From the NCBI GenBank assembly GCA_032159235.1, contig JAVHWW010000075.1:3717-67716 (forward strand): a DNA stretch of 64,000 nt. The letters are read 5' to 3'. The notes below the pieces were generated by a model. That model was not told where the DNA came from. It ran no database searches and was given only the letters and a program-made list of their open reading frames with translations. This DNA is from Acidobacteriota bacterium (lineage in GTDB: Bacteria; Acidobacteriota; Blastocatellia; Pyrinomonadales; Pyrinomonadaceae). Of the stretch, positions 34,650 through 43,823 are shown piece after piece; position 1 is the first letter of the stretch; each line of letters begins with the position of its first letter. The position numbers were made by a program, and so were the translations under genes.

Positions 34650-35051
34650 ATGGTGTTGATGAGTGAGCCTGCGAAGAGGCCGGGCAGGCCGCGCGCACTG
34701 GTCGTTGACGACGCGCCAGACGTGACCGAGATGCTCGCCATGTTTCTTGAGCACGCGGGCTATGAAACGGTCATGGCCTTCTCCGCCATCGAAGCTCTCG
34801 AAGTGGCGCAACAGGATAAATTTGAAATCATCGTCTCCGACATCGGAATGCCGGGCATGAACGGCTACGATCTGGCTGTCGCGCTGCGCGCCCTGCCGGA
34901 ATACACGGACGTGCCGATGATCGCCGTCACAGGCTTCTCAATGTACGACGACCGGGGCCGCGCGCTTCAATCCGGCTTCAACGCCCACCTGACTAAACCC
35001 ATCAGTCCGATGACGCTCCTCGACCTGATTAAGAAATTGAGAGAGGGATGA
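34650..35051 (+). CDS. Single-domain response regulator (CheY-like receiver)
   Basis: VVDDAPD, IIVSDIGMPGMNG, AVTGF and LTKP correspond to the DD, phospho-Asp, T and K positions. ATG 34650 is chosen over the upstream ORF start 34536. Confidence 0.8.
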   Translation: MVLMSEPAKRPGRPRALVVDDAPDVTEMLAMFLEHAGYETVMAFSAIEALEVAQQDKFEIIVSDIGMPGMNGYDLAVALRALPEYTDVPMIAVTGFSMYDDRGRALQSGFNAHLTKPISPMTLLDLIKKLREG

Positions 35052-35055
35052 AGAA

Positions 35056-35159
35056 CAGAAGTCAGGAGTCAGAATCCAGAATCCAGAATACTAAGGCGGA
35101 AACCGCGTCCACAGATTTTGTTTTTATTCTGACTCCTGACTTCTGGATTCTGAATGCTG
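35056..35159 (-). repeat. Family E palindromic element (core in minus orientation)
   Basis: Left arm 35056-35090, right arm 35125-35159. The reverse complement of the loop, AAAACAAAATCTGTGGACGCGGTTTCCGCCTTAGTATTC, aligns with the cores at 54196-54230 and 55656-55696. Confidence 0.9.
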
Positions 35160-35168
35160 CTTTAACAA

Positions 35169-37340
35169 ATGCCTGATACTAGCGAGGAAACGGTAGATAA
35201 CGTCGAGGTCGAGCAAGCGAAGGAGCAGGCAGGGTTCTTCGGGAAGGAGACGACTTACTACGCCGCGCTCCTGCTCATCGGCGCAGTCGTCATCGGACTC
35301 ATCTTCCGCAAGTTGCAATACGCTACGCAGTCCGTCTGCTGCGGCGACTTCGACGGCTACTATCACATCAAGTGGAGTCGTCTGCTCTGGGAAGGAATGA
35401 AGCAGGGACATTTCCCGCCGACCTTCAAGTGGCTGCCACTCACGACGCTCAATCCGCAGGCTTACGCAGATCATCATCTCTTCTTCCACTTCCTACAGAT
35501 TCCGTTCACATGGTTCAGCGACCTGCGCGCGGGCGCGAAAGCCGCCTCGTGGCTTTACGCCACGCTCGCAGTTCTTTCGTGCTACTGGTTAATCCTGCGC
35601 TATCGCATTCGCCACACGCTCATCTGGTTAATCGCACTGCTGGCCTGCTCCGCGCCGTTTCTCTATCGGATGAACATGGCGAAAGCGCCGCCCGTCGCCA
35701 TCATCTTTATGGTCATCGGCATCTATCTGCTCTTTGAAGAGAGATACTTGCTGCTGCTGCCCCTCGCCTTTCTGTTCGCCTGGACTTACAGCCTGTTCGT
35801 CACACTCGTTGGAGCTGCTTTCATCTGGTCGTGCGTGGTGAGTTGGAGCGAGCGGCGTCTTGAGTGGCGACCTTGCGTCTGGGCATTTATTGGAGCGGCG
35901 GCGGGCTTAGTAATCAATCCATATTTTCCGAAGAACGTCTGGCTCCTGGTCGAGCACATTCTGATTAAAGCGACGGTCACGGGCTTCACAACAGAAGTCG
36001 GACAGGAATGGTCTCCTTATGATAGCTGGTTTCTTTTGGGAAGTTGCCTCATCGCTTTCGTTGCCATGATCGTTGGCTATGCGGCTTATGACTCGTCGGA
36101 TAAAAAACGCGCTGCACGCCCGCTCTTCTTCCTCTTCTTTTCGACGGCCTTGATGATTATCAGTTTTCGCTCGCGGCGCTGGGTCGAATACTGGCCGCCG
36201 TTCGCTGTGCTGTTCGCGGCCTTCAGTCTCAAACCGCTTCTCGAAGGCGCGCGTGCCGCTATCGGTCGCTTGCCGAGCGAGGTGCTGGATGAATTGCAAC
36301 CTTTCTTAGACCGAAATGAACCGCCCGGTGCGGTTGAAAGCGAGCGCCGCAGAGACTTCTGGAAAGAGATCGAGATGGCCGCCATCGGCATCGCGCTCGG
36401 TCTCGCGGGCTACTTCGTCTTGAAGCAGATTTTCTACCGACCGCCCAATCATTCGGTCGTCTATGTGCTACTCGAACCTAAAGTCTTCGTTGTCATCGCC
36501 GTCTTCCTGATCGGTTTTGCAGCTTACGTTTTCTGGCGTCGTAGTCTGACCAAAGCCTTCGCTGCCTTGCTCGTCTTCGCTCTCGTCGTCATCTTGAATT
36601 TCAACCTGCACGAGACGCGCAAGGACATCGCGGGCGACGCCAAGCCGGAACATTACGAGGCTTCGATGGCCTGGATACGCGACAACGTGCCGCCCGGAGA
36701 AACCATCTTCAATACGGACTGGGACGATTTCCCGAAGATGTTTTTCTACGACACCAATCACGTTTACATCTCCGGCCTCGACCCGACTTACCTGCTCGAC
36801 AGAGACAATCAACTCAAGCGCGATCCGAGTCTGGCCGAACTCTTCAAGAAGATTACGCTCGGCCAGGATGTGACAATCAACGGTGAGAAGAAAGAATACG
36901 CGCCGCTCATCCGTGAAAAATTCGGCGCGCGCTACGTCTTCACCGATACCGAACAGGTTCACGACAACTTCTACGGCAACGCGATGGACAGTGGCTGGTT
37001 CGACGAAATACACATCTACACCTTCGAGCGCCAGGACGGTCGCCCGCTCACCGCAAAAGACCTCGACACGCTCAAGCAGACCGCGCCGCCTGAGCTTAGT
37101 GAGTCTCACAATTGGATTCTGATAACCGAAGGCCGCCGCGTCGTCTCCGGCACAACCAAAGATTTCACCTGCGCGGACATCAACGGCATCTGCGATCATT
37201 ACGTCGTCAACAAAGACTTCGATTCCAGAGTGCTACGCATCCGCGACCAGAAAGGCCAGCCGCCACCGGAATCCAAAGACGACACCGGCGATGAGGGCGA
37301 CGAGGGTGATACCGGCGGTGATGATGAGCCGGGAAATTAA
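35169..37340 (+). CDS. Large polytopic membrane protein, GT-C-fold glycosyltransferase-like (possible STT3/PglB/AglB-type)
   Basis: About 13 TM plus a soluble C-domain. GDFDGYYH in the first loop (residues 59-66), TTEVGQE at about 274-280, AWIRDNVPPGETIFNTDWDDF at about 501-521. Acidic C-tail. Confidence 0.6.
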   Translation: MPDTSEETVDNVEVEQAKEQAGFFGKETTYYAALLLIGAVVIGLIFRKLQYATQSVCCGDFDGYYHIKWSRLLWEGMKQGHFPPTFKWLPLTTLNPQAYADHHLFFHFLQIPFTWFSDLRAGAKAASWLYATLAVLSCYWLILRYRIRHTLIWLIALLACSAPFLYRMNMAKAPPVAIIFMVIGIYLLFEERYLLLLPLAFLFAWTYSLFVTLVGAAFIWSCVVSWSERRLEWRPCVWAFIGAAAGLVINPYFPKNVWLLVEHILIKATVTGFTTEVGQEWSPYDSWFLLGSCLIAFVAMIVGYAAYDSSDKKRAARPLFFLFFSTALMIISFRSRRWVEYWPPFAVLFAAFSLKPLLEGARAAIGRLPSEVLDELQPFLDRNEPPGAVESERRRDFWKEIEMAAIGIALGLAGYFVLKQIFYRPPNHSVVYVLLEPKVFVVIAVFLIGFAAYVFWRRSLTKAFAALLVFALVVILNFNLHETRKDIAGDAKPEHYEASMAWIRDNVPPGETIFNTDWDDFPKMFFYDTNHVYISGLDPTYLLDRDNQLKRDPSLAELFKKITLGQDVTINGEKKEYAPLIREKFGARYVFTDTEQVHDNFYGNAMDSGWFDEIHIYTFERQDGRPLTAKDLDTLKQTAPPELSESHNWILITEGRRVVSGTTKDFTCADINGICDHYVVNKDFDSRVLRIRDQKGQPPPESKDDTGDEGDEGDTGGDDEPGN

Positions 37341-37364
37341 TTTACCATTGACCATGTACCAGCT

Positions 37365-37550
37365 ATGAAATGTCCGAACTGTGGGAAGCCCGCCGAATGG
37401 CAAGATAATCCGCACCGCCCTTTCTGTTCCGAACGCTGCAAGCTGATAGACTTTGGTCGCTGGGCTAACGAAGAATATCGCGTGCCTGCTGAGCCTGCGC
37501 CAATTACTGAGAACAAAGAAGAGGATGTCGAAGCAGAAGATAGTAACTAA
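37365..37550 (+). CDS. yacG: DNA gyrase inhibitor YacG (zinc-binding)
   Basis: CPNCGK...[20 protein letters not shown] is the YacG signature. 61 aa. Confidence 0.8.
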   Translation: MKCPNCGKPAEWQDNPHRPFCSERCKLIDFGRWANEEYRVPAEPAPITENKEEDVEAEDSN

Positions 37551-37611
37551 AGCGCCGCACCTCTTTGAACAGCTTACTGTCAGATTGCTTCGTTTTAATG
37601 AACGAGAAGAG

Positions 37612-38223
37612 ATGTTTCAAATAATATCCATCAGAAGATTTTTTGTTACTTCCTTTTGCGCGGCTGTATTGCTCATACAATCTTCTTGTATTAAAGACTC
37701 TCCACGAGTAAACAATTCCAATGTCGTGTCAACGGTAAACAATTCTAACGCTGTGGAAGCCACACAACATCAGGGACCACAGCCGCCCTTTCATTCTTAT
37801 CAGGTAAAAATTTCCGGCCCTGTCACTTTAGACGAAACATGGATCGAGCTCCATCCTGAAACATATCTGAAAGCTGATAATGATCTTCAGGAAGTTGGGT
37901 TAGAGTTAGAGCAGCCTTTCAATGATGATTTCTTTAGCAAGGGCAAAGGTCCAAATAAAGGGAAAGGCATTCTGATGCCCGATGGAGATGTGATAAATCC
38001 TGAGATAGAAGTCGTAGATCAAGATGGGAACGTGTTCGACCTAGTTTATGGCGGAGGGCATATACCGGGTAATGGAAAGGGAGGCACAATAATTTATAAT
38101 CCGCCCTACCCGCAAGAGTTCCCAAGAGATAGAGAGTACAAGACGGTGAGAATCAGATCACCAAGACCCATTAAATGCAAAGCAGTTTATTGGGTCTCCG
38201 AGTCGGTAAAAGATTGGCCGTAA
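37612..38223 (+). CDS. Hypothetical lipoprotein
   Basis: MFQIISIRRFFVTSFCAAVLLIQSSC is a signal peptide plus lipobox. AT-richer. ATG 37612 is chosen because the longer ORF (37453) overlaps yacG. Confidence 0.5.
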   Translation: MFQIISIRRFFVTSFCAAVLLIQSSCIKDSPRVNNSNVVSTVNNSNAVEATQHQGPQPPFHSYQVKISGPVTLDETWIELHPETYLKADNDLQEVGLELEQPFNDDFFSKGKGPNKGKGILMPDGDVINPEIEVVDQDGNVFDLVYGGGHIPGNGKGGTIIYNPPYPQEFPRDREYKTVRIRSPRPIKCKAVYWVSESVKDWP

Positions 38224-38388
38224 AGTTGTGAGTTAATGCGAAGGGTGCGATCTAAGAAGTCATTTGAACGGATGCGCCGATAGCCCAGCTTATTATAATT
38301 ATTCTTACGATGAATATTGCTTCGCCCTGACATCCATCCCCTGTTAAAATGCCCTGACGGTTTCATACACACAGTGGAGTTCATAAGA

Positions 38389-39021
38389 ATGCAATTGGCT
38401 TTTTTCACTTGCGCGCGCCGATGGACGATCATCATCTCAATCAGCGCTCTCTTAATTCTTCTAGCTCTCTCCGCGGCCTGCAATAATGCGCCTGCGCCGG
38501 TCGCCATCAGCGAGACGAGGACGCCGTCCGGCAATACTGCGCCGCGCACTTCGCTTCCGATGCCGCCTGTCACAACAGCCAGCAGCAACGGTGCGACCAG
38601 CGCGCAGAATTTCACGCTGCTCAACGATCAGCCAGCTAAACTCTCTGACTATCTGGGCAAGGTCGTCGTCCTGGACTTCTGGGCGACCTTCTGCCCGCCG
38701 TGCCGGGACGAAGCGCCGCACCTTGATGCGCTGCAAAAGCGTTACGGCCCGCAGGGCTTACTCGTCATCGGTCTCAACGTCGGCGGCCCGGACGACCGCC
38801 CGTTGATTGCGGATTTTGCCAAAGGACTAAACCTGAAATACACGCTCGGCTTCCCCGCGCCGGAGATGACCGATCTCTACATGGGCAACGACGACCGGAT
38901 TCCGCAAACGCTCGTCTTTGATCGCAAGGGGCGCATCGTCGAGCATTTCGTCGGCTACGACAACGATGTCTCGGCAGAGCTTGAGCGCGCAATTCAAAAG
39001 GCGCTGGAAGAAAAAGACTAA
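38389..39021 (+). CDS. TlpA/ResA-family thiol:disulfide oxidoreductase (redoxin) lipoprotein
   Basis: LSAAC lipobox. VVLDFWATFCPPCRDEAP CxxC motif. GGAG lies 9 nt upstream of ATG 38389. Confidence 0.85.
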   Translation: MQLAFFTCARRWTIIISISALLILLALSAACNNAPAPVAISETRTPSGNTAPRTSLPMPPVTTASSNGATSAQNFTLLNDQPAKLSDYLGKVVVLDFWATFCPPCRDEAPHLDALQKRYGPQGLLVIGLNVGGPDDRPLIADFAKGLNLKYTLGFPAPEMTDLYMGNDDRIPQTLVFDRKGRIVEHFVGYDNDVSAELERAIQKALEEKD

Positions 39022-39026
39022 AAGGA

Positions 39027-39110
39027 GGGATGAGGGATGAGGGATGAGGGATGAATAAAAACGGATGAACGCTCCTCTGCTTCATCCCTCATCCCTCATC
39101 CCTCATCCCT
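39027..39110. repeat. Family B palindromic element (GGGATGA)
   Basis: Left arm 4x GGGATGA 39027-39054, loop 39055-39081, right arm 39082-39110. ATG at 39117. Confidence 0.9.
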
Positions 39111-39116
39111 TCCAAT

Positions 39117-41144
39117 ATGCCTCGTGACATTCCCGTCGGTAATGGCTCGCTGCTCGTCACCTTCGACGAGTTGTATCAAATCCGCGACATCTACTTTCCA
39201 CACATCGGTAAAGAGAATCACTCGGAGGGACATCCGTTTCGCTTCGGCCTCTGGGTGGACGGCGAGTTCTCCTGGATCGGCGACAAAGGCTGGACGCGCG
39301 AGTTGAATTATCTGAGCGAGACTCTCGTCACGGACGTGCGCCTCGTCAACGAGCAGCTCAAGGTCGAGATCGTCGCCAACGATGCGGTTGACTCGCATGA
39401 GAACATCTTCGTTCGCCGCATCACGTTAAAGAACACTGCGGACACGCGCCGCGAGTTTCGTCTCTTCTTTCATCAGGATTTTTACATCTCCGAATCCGAA
39501 GTGGGCGATACGGCCTACTATGATCCTGAGACGCAGGCGCTGATTCACTACAAAGGCCAGCGATACTTTCTCATCTCAACGGACGCGCCGACCGGCGTCG
39601 AGACGTTTGCGACCGGACGTAAAGCCTTCAGAGGCGCGGAGGGGACTTGGCGCGACGCGGAAGACGGACGCTTAAGCGAAGGCGCGATCACGGAAGGCTC
39701 TGTTGATTCGACCATCGGGCGCACGCTCACGGTTGAGGCCGGAGAACTGGCGGAGATGTTCTACTGGATTGCGGCGGGCACGTCCTACAGTGAGGTGGCG
39801 AAATTGAACGCGCTGGTGCACGAACTCACTCCGCGCAGATTGATCGAGCGCACGGGCGACTATTGGCGCGGGTGGGTCAATAAGAACGAGACCGATTTCG
39901 GCAACCTCCCGCCCGAAGTCGTCCGGCTCTACAAACGCTCTCTGCTCGTCGTCCGCACGCAGATTGATCGTGGCGGCGCGATTCTCGCGGCCAACGATTC
40001 CGATGTCACGCTGCGCGCGACAGATCATTACAGCTACCTCTGGCCGCGCGACGGCGCCCTCGTCGCTTACGCGCTCGACCTTGCCGGACACAACAACCTG
40101 CCGCGCTCGTTCTTCGCCTTCTGCGGCCAGATCATCACGCCCGAAGGATATTTTCTACAGAAGTACAACGCGGACGGCTCCGTCGCTTCAGGCTGGCACG
40201 CTTCCTGGGACCCGTACACGAAGCGTCGCCTGATCCCGATTCAGGAAGACGAGACCGCGCTCGTGCTGTGGGCGCTGTGGAATCACTACGACGAATTCCG
40301 CGACATCGAATTAGCCAGCAGACTCTACCGGCAACTCATCACACGCGCGGCAGATTTTCTAGTGCGCTTCCGCGACGAGGAGACACGCTTGCCGCAGCCT
40401 TCATGGAACTTGTGGGAAGATCGGCGTGCCGTCCACACTTTCACCTGTGCGACAGTCGTCGGCGGACTGCGCGCGGCAGCAAATTTTGCGACGCTGTTTG
40501 GAGAGCAGGAACTTGCGGCGAAGTACACACAAGCGGCGCAGGAAGTGTGCGACGCGATGCGTGCGTATCTTTATCGCGCGGAGCTTGGACGTTTCGCCAG
40601 ATCAATCATGCCTCTGGCAACCGGCGGCTTTGAAGTTGACGAGACGATTGACGCATCGCTTTTCGGCATCTTTTACTTCGGAGCGTTCGCGCCTGACGAT
40701 CCGTTAGTGCAAGAGACGATGCGCGCGGTCGAGGAGCGTTTGTGGGCGAAGACGGATGTCGGAGGCTGCGCGCGTTACGAGGGCGACGGCTACATGCGCG
40801 TGACGGACGAGGTGGAGAAAGTCCCCGGCAATCCCTGGTTCATCTGCACGCTCTGGCTGGCCGACTATCGCATCGCGTCGGCGCGCACCCTCGAAGAGTT
40901 GGAGAGAGCAGTTGAGATTCTGGAATGGGTGACGAAGCGTGCGCTGCCTTCCGGCGTGCTCGCCGAGCAGGTTGATCCGTTGACGGGCGCACCCATCTCC
41001 GTCTCGCCGCTGACGTGGTCGCACTCGACCGTCGTCGCCACAGTGATCGCCTACTTGCGCAAACTCGAAGCAATGCTTGAGTGTGAATCTTGCGGTCGCC
41101 CGCTCTTTCGTTATGATCGCCGTGCGCGGAGAGTTTATAGTTAA
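39117..41144 (+). CDS. Glycoside hydrolase family 15 (glucoamylase/trehalase-like)
   Basis: YLWPRDGA, IQEDETALVLWAL, WNLWEDR and TWSHS motifs of bacterial GH15. 675 aa. Confidence 0.9.
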   Translation: MPRDIPVGNGSLLVTFDELYQIRDIYFPHIGKENHSEGHPFRFGLWVDGEFSWIGDKGWTRELNYLSETLVTDVRLVNEQLKVEIVANDAVDSHENIFVRRITLKNTADTRREFRLFFHQDFYISESEVGDTAYYDPETQALIHYKGQRYFLISTDAPTGVETFATGRKAFRGAEGTWRDAEDGRLSEGAITEGSVDSTIGRTLTVEAGELAEMFYWIAAGTSYSEVAKLNALVHELTPRRLIERTGDYWRGWVNKNETDFGNLPPEVVRLYKRSLLVVRTQIDRGGAILAANDSDVTLRATDHYSYLWPRDGALVAYALDLAGHNNLPRSFFAFCGQIITPEGYFLQKYNADGSVASGWHASWDPYTKRRLIPIQEDETALVLWALWNHYDEFRDIELASRLYRQLITRAADFLVRFRDEETRLPQPSWNLWEDRRAVHTFTCATVVGGLRAAANFATLFGEQELAAKYTQAAQEVCDAMRAYLYRAELGRFARSIMPLATGGFEVDETIDASLFGIFYFGAFAPDDPLVQETMRAVEERLWAKTDVGGCARYEGDGYMRVTDEVEKVPGNPWFICTLWLADYRIASARTLEELERAVEILEWVTKRALPSGVLAEQVDPLTGAPISVSPLTWSHSTVVATVIAYLRKLEAMLECESCGRPLFRYDRRARRVYS

Positions 41145-41168
41145 GTTCAAGCGCAGGTTAATTTCCTG

Positions 41169-41555
41169 ATGGAAGGCACTGGAAGATTTATCGGCGGCAG
41201 GTGGACGGCGCGAGTCGAATTGTTGCCGGGCGAGTTTGAAGTCTTCACACGGTCGGCACGACGCGGCTGGCGCGTGGGGCAGCTTGTCTTCACCAACCAG
41301 CGATTCATCTGGCTGCCGAAGTTCAAACGCAATGTGGAGGCGTCGGACATGCTGGTGATTCCACACGAGCGCGTGATGAGTTGCGGGACGGCGCGTCCCT
41401 GGCAGCATCTCTTTCTCGAACGTGCGTTGCGCCTACGGCTGCAAAGCGGCGAGACGATTCTCTTGATGGCCGGAGATGTGGAGACCATCTTGCCGCTCGT
41501 GCGCGATTACATGTCGCGCGGGCGTTATAAGCCTGGGGAACTGTTCAAAAATTAA
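41169..41555 (+). CDS. Hypothetical protein (PH/GRAM-like)
   Basis: 128 aa. The LVFTNQRFIWLP pattern resembles bacterial PH/GRAM domains. Weak call. Confidence 0.45.
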   Translation: MEGTGRFIGGRWTARVELLPGEFEVFTRSARRGWRVGQLVFTNQRFIWLPKFKRNVEASDMLVIPHERVMSCGTARPWQHLFLERALRLRLQSGETILLMAGDVETILPLVRDYMSRGRYKPGELFKN

Positions 41556-41645
41556 AAATGCAAAAGGAAAAATGCAAAATGGAAGATGAGAGGCTCACTC
41601 TTCGGTTTTCCATTTTGCATTTTTCCTTTTGCATTTTTAATTTTT
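41547..41645. repeat. Family H palindromic element (7-nt units AAAATGC/AAAAGGA)
   Basis: Left arm 41547-41584 (contains the TAA at 41553-55), loop 41585-41607, right arm 41608-41645. Confidence 0.85.
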
Positions 41646-41667
41646 CTTTGTAGATAATGGTCTCATT

Positions 41668-43104
41668 GTGAGAAAAGCTAAAATCCTTGCCACGCTGGGG
41701 CCCGCGTCGCGTGAGCCTGCGCTGCTTGAGGCGCTGCTGGCGGCGGGCGTGAACGGCGTGCGTATCAATATGTCGCATGGCACACAGGATGAACACGCGG
41801 AGAACATCACGCGTGCGCGTGCTGCCGCCGAGAGAATGAAACGCCCGCTCTCCGTTCTGGTTGATCTCTCCGGCCCCAAGATTAGAACGGGCGTGCTGAA
41901 GAACGGCCAGCCTGTTCAACTCGAAGCCAACTCGCTATTCACCATCACGACGCGCTCTGTCGCGGGCGACGCGCGCGAAGTTTCAACTAACTACGCATGG
42001 ATGGCGCGCGACGTGAAGCCGGGCGCGCGTCTGTTACTTGACGATGGATTGATCGAGCTTCATGTTGAGCGCACGACCGAGACGGATGTCGTCTGTCGTG
42101 TTATCAACGGCGGAGTCTTAGGCGAACGCAAAGGCATCAATCTGCCGGGCGTCAATCTGCCGATTCCTTCGTTGACGGACAAAGACCGCCGCGATCTTCA
42201 GTGGGCTGTGCGACAGAGCGTGGATTACATCGCGCTCTCGTTCGTGCGCCGCGCATCGGATTGTCTGGAAGCCAAGACGCTGATTGAAAACGCGGGAGGT
42301 CATCAACCGCTCGTCGCCAAGATTGAGAAGGCCGAAGCGATTGCTAATCTCGATGAAATCATCGCTGCTGCCGATGGGGTGATGGTTGCGCGTGGCGATC
42401 TCGGAGTTGAGACGGGCGTCGAGCTGGTGCCGGTCTATCAGAAACGCATCATCGAGCAGGCGAATCTGGCTGGCAAGTTCGTCATCACGGCGACGCAGAT
42501 GTTGCAGTCTATGGTGACCAACCCGCGCCCCACACGCGCCGAAGCATCGGACGTGGCAAATGCTGTCTGGGACGGCTCAGACTGCTTGATGCTCTCAAAT
42601 GAAACGGCGATGGGGCAGAATCCTGTCGCATCTGTGGCGACGATGGCACGCATCATCGAATCTGCGGAGACTGGCAGACCGACTGGATCAAGTGAAGTTC
42701 ATAAATGGGCTGGCAAGCAGTCGGGCAAGTTCAGCCGCGCACTCTGCGAGGCCGCCGCGTTCGCTGCTGAAGAGATGGGCATCAAGACGACGGCGGTCTT
42801 CACAGAATCAGGCTTGATGGCGCGGCGTCTCTCATCCTTGCGCCCAGACCAACGCATCATCGCACTGACGAATTCAAAAGATGTGCGGAACGAACTCGCT
42901 CTGGTTTGGGCCGTTGAGCCGTGTGTGATTCCAACATGTGACACTACGGAAGAGATGGTGCGAACAGGCGAGCGCGCGTTACTCGAATCAGGCATCGTGC
43001 AACAGGGCGAGATGATTGTCTTGATGGCAGGCAAGCTATCAGGACTCGGATTGTCTAGGTCAGTTAAGCTGCACGCTATTGGTGACGTTGAAGGGCAGCA
43101 ATAG
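41668..43104 (+). CDS. pyk: Pyruvate kinase
   Basis: KILATLGPAS, NMSHG, MVARGDLGVE and ATQMLQSM motifs. GTG start. 478 aa. Confidence 0.95.
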   Translation: MRKAKILATLGPASREPALLEALLAAGVNGVRINMSHGTQDEHAENITRARAAAERMKRPLSVLVDLSGPKIRTGVLKNGQPVQLEANSLFTITTRSVAGDAREVSTNYAWMARDVKPGARLLLDDGLIELHVERTTETDVVCRVINGGVLGERKGINLPGVNLPIPSLTDKDRRDLQWAVRQSVDYIALSFVRRASDCLEAKTLIENAGGHQPLVAKIEKAEAIANLDEIIAAADGVMVARGDLGVETGVELVPVYQKRIIEQANLAGKFVITATQMLQSMVTNPRPTRAEASDVANAVWDGSDCLMLSNETAMGQNPVASVATMARIIESAETGRPTGSSEVHKWAGKQSGKFSRALCEAAAFAAEEMGIKTTAVFTESGLMARRLSSLRPDQRIIALTNSKDVRNELALVWAVEPCVIPTCDTTEEMVRTGERALLESGIVQQGEMIVLMAGKLSGLGLSRSVKLHAIGDVEGQQ

Positions 43105-43152
43105 CACGGCGGTTATCGCTCTCTCATCATGCCGGGACTTTACAGCGTCATC

Positions 43153-43809
43153 TCACCTTTGGAGTTTCCACTGGCCGTCCTCTTTGACGAAATTAACAGT
43201 CACCCACCTGTCTCCTCTGTCTTTAACTTTCAGCGTGGCCTTGTCGCCCGTGATATTTTCCTCCTTTGATTCAAACGGGGGATTATCTTTGGGTCCTAAC
43301 TCAAGATATTCCTTGAGCATATCGTCAGGATTTTTGCCTTCCCTCTTCGCCTCCTCTTCCAGCCTCTGGAGCGAGTCCTTCGACAGTACATTCTTAACGC
43401 CTTGAACATCTTTTGCTATAATGGCTTCGTAATAGGCTTTGGCTGTAGCGGTTGGAGATGTGCCTGCTGATGATGCTTGACTATTAGAATTATTCGGAGT
43501 CGAACCTTTCGGTATGACTAAGTAAATGATAAAAGCCACAGCCAACGCCGCAGTGATGAGCCACGGGAGAAGACTTCGTTTATGTACTATCTTCTCTCGG
43601 AGAGAGTTTGTTGGCGACAGCACTGGGTTTGTATTCACCGGCAGTTGACTTGTAGGGAGAATCTCTGTTGACGGCTCTGTGCTGCGAAGCGTGGGACTTG
43701 CCAGAGTCAGATTAGGATCATCCGGTGCGGTGAGAAAAGCTCCGTCAGCCAGACAGAAATTCAGGGATTCATCCGTATAGGTTCTGTTACACGTCGGGCA
43801 ACATTTCAT
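43153..43809 (-). CDS. Zinc-ribbon / single-TM / NTF2-like (DUF4878-like) domain protein
   Basis: The N-terminus MKCCPTCNRTYTDESLNFCLADGAFL is paralogous to 22539-23234. It is followed by a TM helix, an S/T/N linker and a small C-terminal domain. Confidence 0.7.
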   Translation of the reverse strand: MKCCPTCNRTYTDESLNFCLADGAFLTAPDDPNLTLASPTLRSTEPSTEILPTSQLPVNTNPVLSPTNSLREKIVHKRSLLPWLITAALAVAFIIYLVIPKGSTPNNSNSQASSAGTSPTATAKAYYEAIIAKDVQGVKNVLSKDSLQRLEEEAKREGKNPDDMLKEYLELGPKDNPPFESKEENITGDKATLKVKDRGDRWVTVNFVKEDGQWKLQR

Positions 43810-43823
43810 TACTTTAGGTGTAA

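Noticed and set aside
34390-35090. Whether the solo family E arm (34390) and the left arm at 35056 bracket the response-regulator gene as a second gene-in-loop case.
   Set aside because: Complementarity between the two is only loose, and the arm at 35056 already has a good partner at 35125-35159. The evidence is much weaker than for the 3113/3548 pair.
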